32,000 nt of DNA from Ruminococcus albus 7 = DSM 20455 (GTDB taxonomy: Bacteria > Bacillota > Clostridia > Oscillospirales > Ruminococcaceae): the NCBI RefSeq assembly GCF_000179635.2, contig NC_014824.1, positions 300,001 to 332,000 of the forward strand, read 5' to 3'. Positions 23,351 through 31,481 of this stretch are shown here, in pieces (the stretch's first letter is position 1; each line of letters begins with the position of its first letter). The notes under the pieces are model-generated. The model saw only the letters and a list, made by a program, of their open reading frames with translations, was not told where the DNA came from and did no database searches. The translations under genes and the position numbers were made by a program.

Positions 23351-23621
23351 AACAGAATTCAAATTTTCTTTTTATGAGGTTTAAGATGCAGAAAGACAGC
23401 TAATCTTACTCACTTAGATGTCTTTCACTTAAGAATTATAGTATTTGACATTCTTAAGTGAGGCTTACAGTTTACAAGACGAAGTATATGATCAGGACTT
23501 CTGTATTTGGTAGTTCTTACGATATGGTATTACAATGAATATACATACCCTCGACCATGCACAACAGAATGTCTAGAAATGCCGCCTAACTCATGACTAA
23601 AGTCACGAGCGTGCAGCGGCA

Positions 23622-24176
23622 AAATCGTCAAAGTACGAAATTGAAGAGTACGGCTATTGGAACAATACAGATGAGCCAGACGGAATCACAAATGAGGAAT
23701 GGAAGAATTGTGGAGATGACTGGGACGCAGCATTACCCGGTTTAGGCGTCCCTTCAAGATGCGGTCTGTGTTCTTCCGATCTTATCGATCCTGATGTTCT
23801 ATTTTCCGAAATAAAAATGGCTGAGGATGGAAGAATGAGGAAAATTATAAATGATTTTTCACTATTAAAATACGTTCATGCGTTAGTTTGCGATAAAACT
23901 ATAAGCCACTTTGTAAAGATGGACAGTGAGTATGATGAAAAACTGTCATCGACTTATGCTTTAGTGGTAAAATACAGAGAAAAAATAGAAAAAGACGATC
24001 CTCAGATGAAGGATTATGCGGATAAGCTTGAAAACGAGATGATAGAACAGATATCGGACCGTTCCATAGAAGAAATACTATCTGGAAGCATACTCGAACT
24101 ACTACCGAAATATACAAGCTATAAAAAAATGCGGAATGAAGGAGGAAATGATTATGATAATCAAGTATCATCATAA
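23622..24176 (+). pseudogene. 3' fragment of the gene split by the TnpB element
   Basis: The frame is open upstream of the ORF-track ATG (23817), back to about 23622: ...KSSKYEIEEYGYWNNTDEPDGITNEEWKNCGDDWDAALPG... Confidence 0.55.
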
Positions 24177-24354
24177 AACTGAACCCAATGCCGAAAAAAC
24201 GTATAATACAGTCAGAGAATTAATGCGTAATGCTATTATTGTTGTAACAGGAACTCCCGGTATGGATCAGAAAACATTTGATCAACTGATGTTAATACGA
24301 TTCGAACAGGATAGGAAAAAGGGAATAATCCTTGATTACAAAATAGAAAACTGA
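24154..24354 (+). CDS. hypothetical protein (66 aa)
   Basis: AAGGAGG at 24139-24145, ATG at 24154; overlaps the upstream gene end. Confidence 0.55.
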   Translation: MIIKYHHKTEPNAEKTYNTVRELMRNAIIVVTGTPGMDQKTFDQLMLIRFEQDRKKGIILDYKIEN

Positions 24355-24363
24355 ACTGCTGTG

Positions 24364-24392
24364 AAAACATCTCTCTTAGGAGGGATGTTTTT
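24364..24392 (+). terminator. intrinsic terminator, conserved family
   Basis: AAAACATCTCTCttagGAGGGATGTTTTT. Confidence 0.75.
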
Positions 24393-24518
24393 CATTTTAG
24401 TATAAAAATTAATTTGATTGTTAATAATATTTGTCCAATCAAAAGACTTGACGATGTATTTTATAAATGCTATAATATAAAGTAACACAAATTAATTATT
24501 TAGAAGAGGGATGGTATT

Positions 24519-25592
24519 ATGTTTAACGCAAAAAAAATAGTTTCACTGGTTATGTCTGCGATTATTAGCAGTACAATGGTAACAGCGATACCCGCGAATG
24601 CGCAAGTTTACAAAAACGAATGCGCAGGTTTTAAGGCGGTAAAAGATTTAAAACTAGATGATGATGGAAATATATATGGTATGAAGTTCGATTCAATGCA
24701 GGGAATTGCTGGTGATTCTTCCTATATATATGTTGCAAAAAATCACAAAATATCCGAATCAGAACAATATGCGGTTATCTTTCGTTTAAATCCAAATAAC
24801 AAAAATGAAGCCCCAACATTGATGTCGTTCGATACAAAAAAGAATAATGAAAAAAATGTAGCCGGTGATCTCAGTCATGCAAACGATATGTTCTTACTCA
24901 AGGAAAACGGTATCAGATATCTTTATGTTAGCACTGGAGAAGGTCAGATTATTAAACTTCAGATCGATGATTCAAAGAAAAAACTGAAAAAAGTTAAGAG
25001 GATAACGGTAAAGAAAAATGGTGATACAAGATTGAAATTTTCCGGACTTTCGGGTTTTGAAGATGAACTTAATAATAAGTCTAGATATAAAATTATTTTA
25101 AAGGATAAAAACGAGATATATACAGCAACGATCAACAAGAATAACACGAACGAGAGTATTCCGGCATATAAAAAGTTTGACCTGAAAACAAAAGTTCAGT
25201 TGCCCGGTAAGGATAAAAATGGCAAGAGCACAAATGTTCTCCATGATCTTTCTGAGAAAAAATATGCGAATCAGGGAATATCTTACTATAATGGAGATCT
25301 TTATGTAACATATTCAATGAATTCGGATGATAAAAGTGTTCCGCATAATAAAAGTTTTATCATTATATATAAGAATGTATACAATAAATTAAACAATTCA
25401 GGAACTTCCACAATAGCAAATCCATATGGTGAAGCCAAATTCTATTTTGAAAGCGGTTCTTACCCTGATCTTTTTGAAATTGAAGGTTGTGCTATTGTAA
25501 ATAATACGGTTTTTTTTAATACCAATAGAAGAAAAACACCTTCAGATGCAAATTATGATGCCGTTCTTTATCTATCTAATTACAGACCATAA
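24519..25592 (+). CDS. secreted hypothetical protein (357 aa)
   Basis: Promoter TTGACG...TATAAT upstream. Signal peptide MFNAKKIVSLVMSAIISSTMVTAIPANA. Confidence 0.75.
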   Translation: MFNAKKIVSLVMSAIISSTMVTAIPANAQVYKNECAGFKAVKDLKLDDDGNIYGMKFDSMQGIAGDSSYIYVAKNHKISESEQYAVIFRLNPNNKNEAPTLMSFDTKKNNEKNVAGDLSHANDMFLLKENGIRYLYVSTGEGQIIKLQIDDSKKKLKKVKRITVKKNGDTRLKFSGLSGFEDELNNKSRYKIILKDKNEIYTATINKNNTNESIPAYKKFDLKTKVQLPGKDKNGKSTNVLHDLSEKKYANQGISYYNGDLYVTYSMNSDDKSVPHNKSFIIIYKNVYNKLNNSGTSTIANPYGEAKFYFESGSYPDLFEIEGCAIVNNTVFFNTNRRKTPSDANYDAVLYLSNYRP

Positions 25593-25600
25593 TTAATACC

Positions 25601-25627
25601 AACGTCTCTCTACGGAGAGGCGTTTTT
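25601..25627 (+). terminator. intrinsic terminator, conserved family
   Basis: AACGTCTCTCtacgGAGAGGCGTTTTT. Confidence 0.75.
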
Positions 25628-25707
25628 ATGTGTGTTACAATAGTTCAAATAAATCTTTTGCTTTTATCTTCATCAATTTTATCATACAATAAATTTGTAG
25701 ATGATTA

Positions 25708-25736
25708 TTGATGATATGGAGGTAAAAAATATTCGA
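25708..25736 (+). promoter_or_regulatory. leader motif, weak instance 11
   Basis: ttgatgataTGGAGGTAaaaaatattcga. Keeps TAGATG-ATTATTGAT and TGGAGGT, but the stem is poor. Confidence 0.35.
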
Positions 25737-25813
25737 GCGTTAGTAATATCCTCAATATTTCATTTATATTAATATTTCTATTGACATGACTAATGAAAAG
25801 GGAGGAAATTATA

Positions 25814-26122
25814 ATGTTTGATGTAAAAGTGATCACAAATGCTATTCATGAAGCACTTTTTTACGAAATGACATCTTTTCGCAGTAATGGATTTACTTAT
25901 GAGATAATTTGCTGGAAACCAAATCCGGTCGAAATTCGGAATTCAAGAAGAATTTGCAGAATATATAGATTGAATCCTGCGGAAAAAGAACGAAATCGAA
26001 TTACTTATTTAGAAATAAATGCAGATAACACATCAAAAGTGATCTGGAATGATTGCTTAAGTGAAGAAGATAAAAAAACTTTCACTGACGCTTTTAAAAA
26101 CAACAATATTATGATCGCTTAA
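25814..26122 (+). CDS. hypothetical protein (102 aa)
   Basis: ATG at 25814 after aaaGGGAGGaaattata. Confidence 0.65.
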   Translation: MFDVKVITNAIHEALFYEMTSFRSNGFTYEIICWKPNPVEIRNSRRICRIYRLNPAEKERNRITYLEINADNTSKVIWNDCLSEEDKKTFTDAFKNNNIMIA

Positions 26123-26167
26123 CGCTCGACTTTTCAGCACCTCACGTAAAGAGGTGCTTTTTTTTGT

Positions 26168-26915
26168 TGTAACCGAAAACCCCCGGCTATGCCGGGGGTT
26201 CTAAAAAGCTTTAGCTATGAGTAGAAAAATAAAACCTCCTGTGATAAACTAAGAATAGGTCTGGCAACCGAAACTTAGAATAACAAGGAGGTATCGTCAA
26301 TGACAAGAGACGATATAAATAGTTTAGCACATTCCAAGTGGAATTGCAAGTACCATGTAGTATTTGCCCCGAAATATCGAAGAATGGTGATTTATAATAA
26401 AATCAAAGTGGATATCGGAAAGATACTAAGAAAGTTGTGTGATCAAAAAGGAGTTAAAATAATCGAAGCAGAGGCGTGTCCTGATCATATACATATGCTG
26501 TTGTCTATTCCACCCAAATACAGTGTAGCAGAGATAATGGGATATTTGAAAGGCAAGAGTAGTTTGATGATATTTGACAGACACGCAAATCTGAAATATA
26601 AGTATGGCAACAGGCACTTCTGGTGCAGAGGATACTATGTTGATACAGTAGGAAAGAACAAGAAAAAGATAGCAGAGTACATCAGGAATCAGTTGCAGGA
26701 AGATATAGTGTGCGACCAGATCAGCCTGTTTGAGACAGTAGACCCATTTACAGGAGAAAAATACAAGAAAAAGTAGAAAACGAACACAAAATACCCCTTG
26801 AGGGGTTGCACGGGAATGAAATGCGGTTGACAGACCTTTCCCGACCCCTTAAGGGGTAGTGTCAGTATCATGCCCTTATAGGGCTAGTGCAAACCACCCG
26901 TTTAACGGGTGGTTT
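26168..26915 (+). mobile_element. IS200-type element (tnpA only); boundaries approximate
   Basis: Left hairpin AACCCCCGGCtatGCCGGGGGTT (about 26180-26202). Several right-end hairpins: CCCCTTgaGGGG, CCCCTTAAGGGG, GCCCTtatAGGGC, ACCACCCGtttaaCGGGTGGT (about 26795-26915). Confidence 0.75.
26300..26776 (+). CDS. tnpA: IS200/IS605-family Y1 (HUH) transposase TnpA
   Basis: HUH motif PDHIHMLL; catalytic Tyr context RGYYVDTVG; size 158 aa. Confidence 0.9.
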   Translation: MTRDDINSLAHSKWNCKYHVVFAPKYRRMVIYNKIKVDIGKILRKLCDQKGVKIIEAEACPDHIHMLLSIPPKYSVAEIMGYLKGKSSLMIFDRHANLKYKYGNRHFWCRGYYVDTVGKNKKKIAEYIRNQLQEDIVCDQISLFETVDPFTGEKYKKK

Positions 26916-26933
26916 TGATTCACGCGTGATAAA
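26916..26933. repeat. palindrome family copy P7 (degenerate, TGATTCACGCGTGATAAA)
   Basis: Core TCACGCGTGA is intact; the outer positions have diverged symmetrically. Confidence 0.55.
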
Positions 26934-26997
26934 ACCCAAAAAATAAAACGTTCCACCGAAGTGAAACGTCTGGAAAAAATATTTTCTCTTTATTCTT

Positions 26998-27717
26998 CTA
27001 ATCCTGTATCCTTAATGCAAACCACATATTATCGCTTGTAATAAAACTTAAGAGATCAATGATTTTTTCTGTAATGGCTTGATTGTTATATTCGGAATAA
27101 CAAAAATTGATCTGTAAAATTTCTATATTTTGGGTTGTAGCATTTCTTTGTTCTGTAACTGAGACCACGTTCACACCGAGATACTTATTTTTAGAATTCT
27201 CGTAGATGGCAAGATTCTTATTATCCAGAGTTATATGTTGACTGTAAGAATACGGATCTTCTCTGGTATCTACATAGATTCTGTCATCAGGATCACTTTG
27301 AAGATGAAAAATACGTTTTTGAAAATGATTAGTTGAATCAAAAATAGATAAGAATGCGCTTGAATTTGCTGAGCATATTTTATAACAAAATACTTGGAAA
27401 CTATTATTGTGTAAAAAACGCCTATTTTTAGCGCTTTGTAAAAATTCCGGTAAACAAAATGTTATAAAGCCATGATGTAAACCTTTAGGATTATCGCTAA
27501 TAGAAACTTCTACGAGATAATCCCGTGTGATCTCACTTTTATAAGTGTTAGTATAGTACGGATAATTTTCTGGATCTAATTCACTTGCCAAGGAACCATA
27601 AAATGATTGTTCCATGGCGGGATTTTGAGCTTTTATAAGAATTGTTACATCGCTTTTTAATGCTGCCCAATCATCCTGTTTGCCGGCAGGAGAAAATCTA
27701 AAACAATTATTTGACAT
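26998..27717 (-). CDS. hypothetical protein (239 aa); the only confident non-IS minus-strand gene
   Basis: ORF track; RBS GAAGGTG. Minus-strand terminator hairpin AGACGTTTCACttcgGTGGAACGT plus T-run at about 26945-26975. Confidence 0.65.
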   Translation of the reverse strand: MSNNCFRFSPAGKQDDWAALKSDVTILIKAQNPAMEQSFYGSLASELDPENYPYYTNTYKSEITRDYLVEVSISDNPKGLHHGFITFCLPEFLQSAKNRRFLHNNSFQVFCYKICSANSSAFLSIFDSTNHFQKRIFHLQSDPDDRIYVDTREDPYSYSQHITLDNKNLAIYENSKNKYLGVNVVSVTEQRNATTQNIEILQINFCYSEYNNQAITEKIIDLLSFITSDNMWFALRIQD

Positions 27718-27900
27718 TAATACACCTTCTTTTTTCTATAATATAATTATACTAGATTTTTTTCTAATGGGAAAAAATTTTTTCTTGCTGTCGTTTTTAT
27801 TACTCTAAATTTTCTGCTATTATATGATTGCATTTGTAATAATAAAAAATAAGGGAATGCATAATCTGATAATACACAGGAAAACGAAAGGATGATTTTT

Positions 27901-29841
27901 ATGAGCAAAAAGTATAATAGGGTTCTGGCAGGAATTATATCATTAACGTTAATGTTTTCAATGACAATAACCGTATCAGCTGTTGAAAACGAAATGGATT
28001 CAAATTCGTATGATTCAAGCAATACGAGTGTAAGTTACCCTGAAGCCTCAACAAATAAGATAGCAGTAAATGATATTTATCTCATGGACAGTGAAGATAT
28101 GAGTTTCGGAACCGTATATAATCCGGCTATATTAAGAAGTAATTCACCAAAATACTGTGGTTTGAAAGTCAAGCTGACCAAGCAAGGCGATATTACTTTA
28201 AGCATGACTGCAACTTCAAACAAAGTGTCACTTCTTTTTGTGGATTCAAACGGCAGCATAAAGGAAAAGTATGATTATACGGGAAGAACAAATGAAGTCG
28301 GTCAGATAAAACTGGCAAAAGTGCCGGCGGGAAACTATTATGTTGTTATATATAATAAAGGTGTAACATCAGATACAGTTGTTTCTGATCTGTTCATAAA
28401 ATCCTCTGTTATCTTCGATATCACTGACACCGGTAAACTCAAGGCCACGACTGACTACTCAAAAAATGAGGCTGTTCCGGCATATAAATTCAAGTACAAC
28501 GGTGTGGAACTTAAGGAAAATGTTGACTATAAGGTGCTCAGAACTTCCAGCAGCAACAAAAAGATCTCCGGAGGTATAGAATATTCTTTTACTGTTGAGA
28601 TACAGGGCTTAGGAAACTATGTTGGTAAAACCTCCAGGACGTTCATAAACTCTGTAGATGATGAAAACAATAAGATCAATTTTATTGAATGTGAAGTAAG
28701 CGAACCGACGTATAAAGGCGAAAACCCTGTATTTGTTGTTAAACACAAAGGTAAAATCCTTACTGAAAACAAAGATTATAAGATCGTAATAAATACATCA
28801 GATGTTACTAAGTCCGGAGTTACTTACAGAACCTATAACTGCACATTTATAGGTATGGGAAATTATGCAGGAAGCTTCTCCTATAAAATAGAGAATCACA
28901 AAATTTCCGACACGACAAAGAAAAACATTTCCTCCTGCAGTATCACTCCGGTTTTCTCAAAAGGCGAATTCGTGAAGCTTATCGTTATGGATAACGATAA
29001 AACACTAGCTCAAAACACAGATTACACTTACACAGTCACTAAAACCGGGGAAACTGAAAAAAATGGGATCACTACTATTAGCTATGAAATAGTAGTGTAT
29101 GGCATCGGCTCATACATAGGTTCCTGTACGGCAAACGGAACTACACAGAAAAACGGCAAGATCGTTTTAAATTTCAGTGATTACAGCGTTGGAGACAAAG
29201 AGTATACCGGCAGACAGATAACTCCGAATCCCACATTGGTAATAACCGATAGAAACGGAAAGGAGATCACTCTGAAAAAGGATGAAGATTATACTATAAC
29301 CTATGGTTCTAACACTGCAGTAGGTTTTCTTGCAGGTAATTTTACAATTAAAGGAATAGGAAACTATACAGGAACTTCGTATATCCGGTTCAATATTGTC
29401 CCCGCAAAAATCAATGATATTAAAGGCTCACCTATCAGCGTCGGTTATACCGGAAAAGCTGCAACTCCGTTCAATGATAAAATTCGCCTTTCTGATGGAA
29501 GAGCTGTACTTTATGGTATAGATTATACTGTAGAGTATTCTAACAACGTTAAGATCGGAACAGCTACGGCAGTGATCAAGTTCAAGGGTAACTACCAGGG
29601 TACTGTAACAAAAAAATTCAGCATCGTAGAAGGAACAACGCTGTCAAAGGGAGATGTTAACGGAGATGGAAAAATCAACATAACTGATATAACTCTTGCA
29701 GCAGCTCATATAAAAGGCAGAAAGATCATTGACTCAAAAGATGACTTGCTCAGAGTTGACGTAAACGAAGACGGAAAAGTGAATATTACCGATATTGTAG
29801 TGATAGCAGCTCATATAAAAGGGAAAAAAACTCTGAAATAG
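27901..29841 (+). CDS. secreted cell-surface protein with tandem Ig-like repeats and C-terminal dockerin
   Basis: ATG at 27901, 8 nt after GAAAGGA; signal peptide. Repeated ...DY.V.......G......I.G.GNY.G....F.I units. Dockerin GDVNGDGKINITDITLAAAHIKG / VDVNEDGKVNITDIVVIAAHIKG. Confidence 0.8.
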   Translation: MSKKYNRVLAGIISLTLMFSMTITVSAVENEMDSNSYDSSNTSVSYPEASTNKIAVNDIYLMDSEDMSFGTVYNPAILRSNSPKYCGLKVKLTKQGDITLSMTATSNKVSLLFVDSNGSIKEKYDYTGRTNEVGQIKLAKVPAGNYYVVIYNKGVTSDTVVSDLFIKSSVIFDITDTGKLKATTDYSKNEAVPAYKFKYNGVELKENVDYKVLRTSSSNKKISGGIEYSFTVEIQGLGNYVGKTSRTFINSVDDENNKINFIECEVSEPTYKGENPVFVVKHKGKILTENKDYKIVINTSDVTKSGVTYRTYNCTFIGMGNYAGSFSYKIENHKISDTTKKNISSCSITPVFSKGEFVKLIVMDNDKTLAQNTDYTYTVTKTGETEKNGITTISYEIVVYGIGSYIGSCTANGTTQKNGKIVLNFSDYSVGDKEYTGRQITPNPTLVITDRNGKEITLKKDEDYTITYGSNTAVGFLAGNFTIKGIGNYTGTSYIRFNIVPAKINDIKGSPISVGYTGKAATPFNDKIRLSDGRAVLYGIDYTVEYSNNVKIGTATAVIKFKGNYQGTVTKKFSIVEGTTLSKGDVNGDGKINITDITLAAAHIKGRKIIDSKDDLLRVDVNEDGKVNITDIVVIAAHIKGKKTLK

Positions 29842-29851
29842 AAAAAACTTG

Positions 29852-29896
29852 CAACACATCTGTTCTTAATAGAATGGATGTGTTTTGCTTTTTTAA
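29852..29896 (+). terminator. intrinsic terminator
   Basis: CACATCtgttcttaatagaatgGATGTG followed by TTTTGCTTTTTT. Confidence 0.6.
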
Positions 29897-29978
29897 ATTA
29901 CAAATCAATGAAAGATTTCATCCGGAATGAAATTATCTTGATAAGTTTTCTTGTATAATTATTTTAGGTTTACGCTTA

Positions 29979-30010
29979 TTGATAAAATGGAGTCGCAGAC
30001 CGAATATTAT
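29979..30010 (+). promoter_or_regulatory. conserved 5' leader hairpin (instance 12)
   Basis: ttgataaaaTGGAGTCGCAGACCGAATATTat after TATAAT (29954-29959). The loop matches instance 2 (GGAGTC...AGACCGAATATT). Confidence 0.5.
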
Positions 30011-30027
30011 AATACGGAGGAATAAAA

Positions 30028-30690
30028 ATGTTAGACGTAAAATCGATCAAAGAAAAATATCTCCCGGGAACCAGAGTGAAGCTTATTCACATGGATGATC
30101 CATATCATCCTGTTCCGGATAATACCTGCGGTACTGTCACTGAAGTTGATGACGTAGGTACTGTTCACGCAAAATTTGACAACGGAAGCGGTCTGGGGAT
30201 ATGTCTTGAAGTAGATAAGGTAGAGATAATTGAAATACCATATGTAAGAAAGCTTTATAGAACAGGTAAAGATTCGATCTCCTGCTATCCCATCAATGAA
30301 GATTCTGTAGAAATTAAACCAAGCAGCGTATTTGATGATGAATTTGATATCATTGAAAATGACGAAGAAAAAGATTACGGATACACAGAAATTAGCTTTG
30401 TAGAAGGGAAGTATCGTGCAGATTGCTGGAAACACAGGCTTCCGCTCAAAGAATTTAGCACATACGAAGAAGCGGTAAATGAGCTGAGAGAATGCTGTAG
30501 TTATTGCAGCGGTGATGAAAATACAATAGAGGAAGCTATTAACGATCATCTCATTTGGTGGTGTTCTCACGTTTTTGTTGAGGATATTAAAATTAATAAT
30601 ATTCCTGTTTTTGATTTGTCTGATGGTGAAATCAAAAATCTGCTTGATCGTGGTTTTTCAGGTAGCAGGATCTTTATTAGGAGGATATAA
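30028..30690 (+). CDS. DUF4314-like domain protein (220 aa)
   Basis: RBS acGGAGGaataaaaATG. The N-terminal GTRVKLIHMDDPYHPVPDNTCGTVTEVDDVGTVHAKFDNGSGLGI matches my recollection of the DUF4314 signature common on Firmicutes mobile elements. Confidence 0.65.
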   Translation: MLDVKSIKEKYLPGTRVKLIHMDDPYHPVPDNTCGTVTEVDDVGTVHAKFDNGSGLGICLEVDKVEIIEIPYVRKLYRTGKDSISCYPINEDSVEIKPSSVFDDEFDIIENDEEKDYGYTEISFVEGKYRADCWKHRLPLKEFSTYEEAVNELRECCSYCSGDENTIEEAINDHLIWWCSHVFVEDIKINNIPVFDLSDGEIKNLLDRGFSGSRIFIRRI

Positions 30691-31047
30691 TAAAAATGGG
30701 AAGTCTGCAAGGAAGAATGATATGCCCAAATTGCGGAGCTGAAGGAGTATATAACGAATCATAAAATAACTTGTTATTGTTCCGAATTGTCCGATGTAAT
30801 CAAAAACTCGGTTTGAATCAATAGAATATAGTATTCAGTTAGACTGCTGCAGAAATGTGGCAGTTTTTTACTGTACTGTTCTTAATAAATATTTTTGCGT
30901 AAAAATCGAACTGTATATAAAAATTCCTAAAAAAAATATAAAGCGAGGCGATTTTTTTTTATTTTCAATAATTTTCTTATATAATAAGAGTACAAAGCTT
31001 TCAAATAAACAACCAAACAATATTAAATCATGAAAGGAGAATTATGA

Positions 31048-31323
31048 ATGAATAATTCTATCACAAGACTGAAAGCATCAGCAAAAACAACTCCTAAGAA
31101 CCTTGCATGGGCAATCGTCTCTGCACTCAGCGGTAACAGTGAAAAAGTTGAGATAACAGCAGTTGGAGCCGCAGCAACAAACCAGGTAGTGAAGGCTTTA
31201 GCAATTGCTCGCGGAATGGCTATTACCAAGAATAGGGACGTTATCAGTAAAACGTCTTTTGCAACGCTGGAAATCGATTCTAAGCAGGTTACGGGTATAA
31301 TGTTTGATTGTAGCTTCCAGTAA
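31048..31323 (+). CDS. spoVS: stage V sporulation protein S-like
   Basis: LKASAKTTPKNLAWAIVSAL...EITAVGAAATNQVVKALAIARGM is collinear with SpoVS (VSAKS.P..VAGA...IQAIGAGA.NQAVKA.AIARG). Confidence 0.8.
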   Translation: MNNSITRLKASAKTTPKNLAWAIVSALSGNSEKVEITAVGAAATNQVVKALAIARGMAITKNRDVISKTSFATLEIDSKQVTGIMFDCSFQ

Positions 31324-31481
31324 TACTTTAAAAAAGAGGCTGTTGCAACCGCAGCACCCTCTAACCATATCCGAACATCAGAGTAAAAAAATATTAACTG
31401 GTGAAATAAGCTGTTTCATTGCGCACACCCCCAAGCCCTCTTCAAAAAAGAGGACTCGGGGGTGTTATGTTCTGCTGGTTT

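Larger units (their letters stand above)
21722..23621 (-). mobile_element. IS200/IS605-type element carrying tnpB only (no tnpA); boundaries approximate
   Basis: Subterminal hairpins share the GACTAAAGTC core: CACGACTaaAGTCGCGTG (21738-21755) and CATGACTaaAGTCACG inside GCCGC...GCGGC (23581-23620). The host ORF continues in frame across the element. Confidence 0.7.

Noticed and set aside
6277-26933. Interpreting the palindromes as classical integron attC sites.
   Set aside because: No IntI-type integrase is visible. The palindromes are short and perfectly symmetric, lacking attC-like extrahelical bases and variable length. Each cassette also has its own promoter. A looser recombination-site idea is kept as one hypothesis in the findings.
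30031-30570. 179 aa minus-strand ORF. Similar minus-strand ORFs lie at 15016-15426, 14410-14868, 6085-6414 and 6499-6837.
   Set aside because: All are antisense to better-supported + strand genes or span intergenic regulatory elements. They have hydrophobic, low-complexity translations typical of AT-rich antisense frames.
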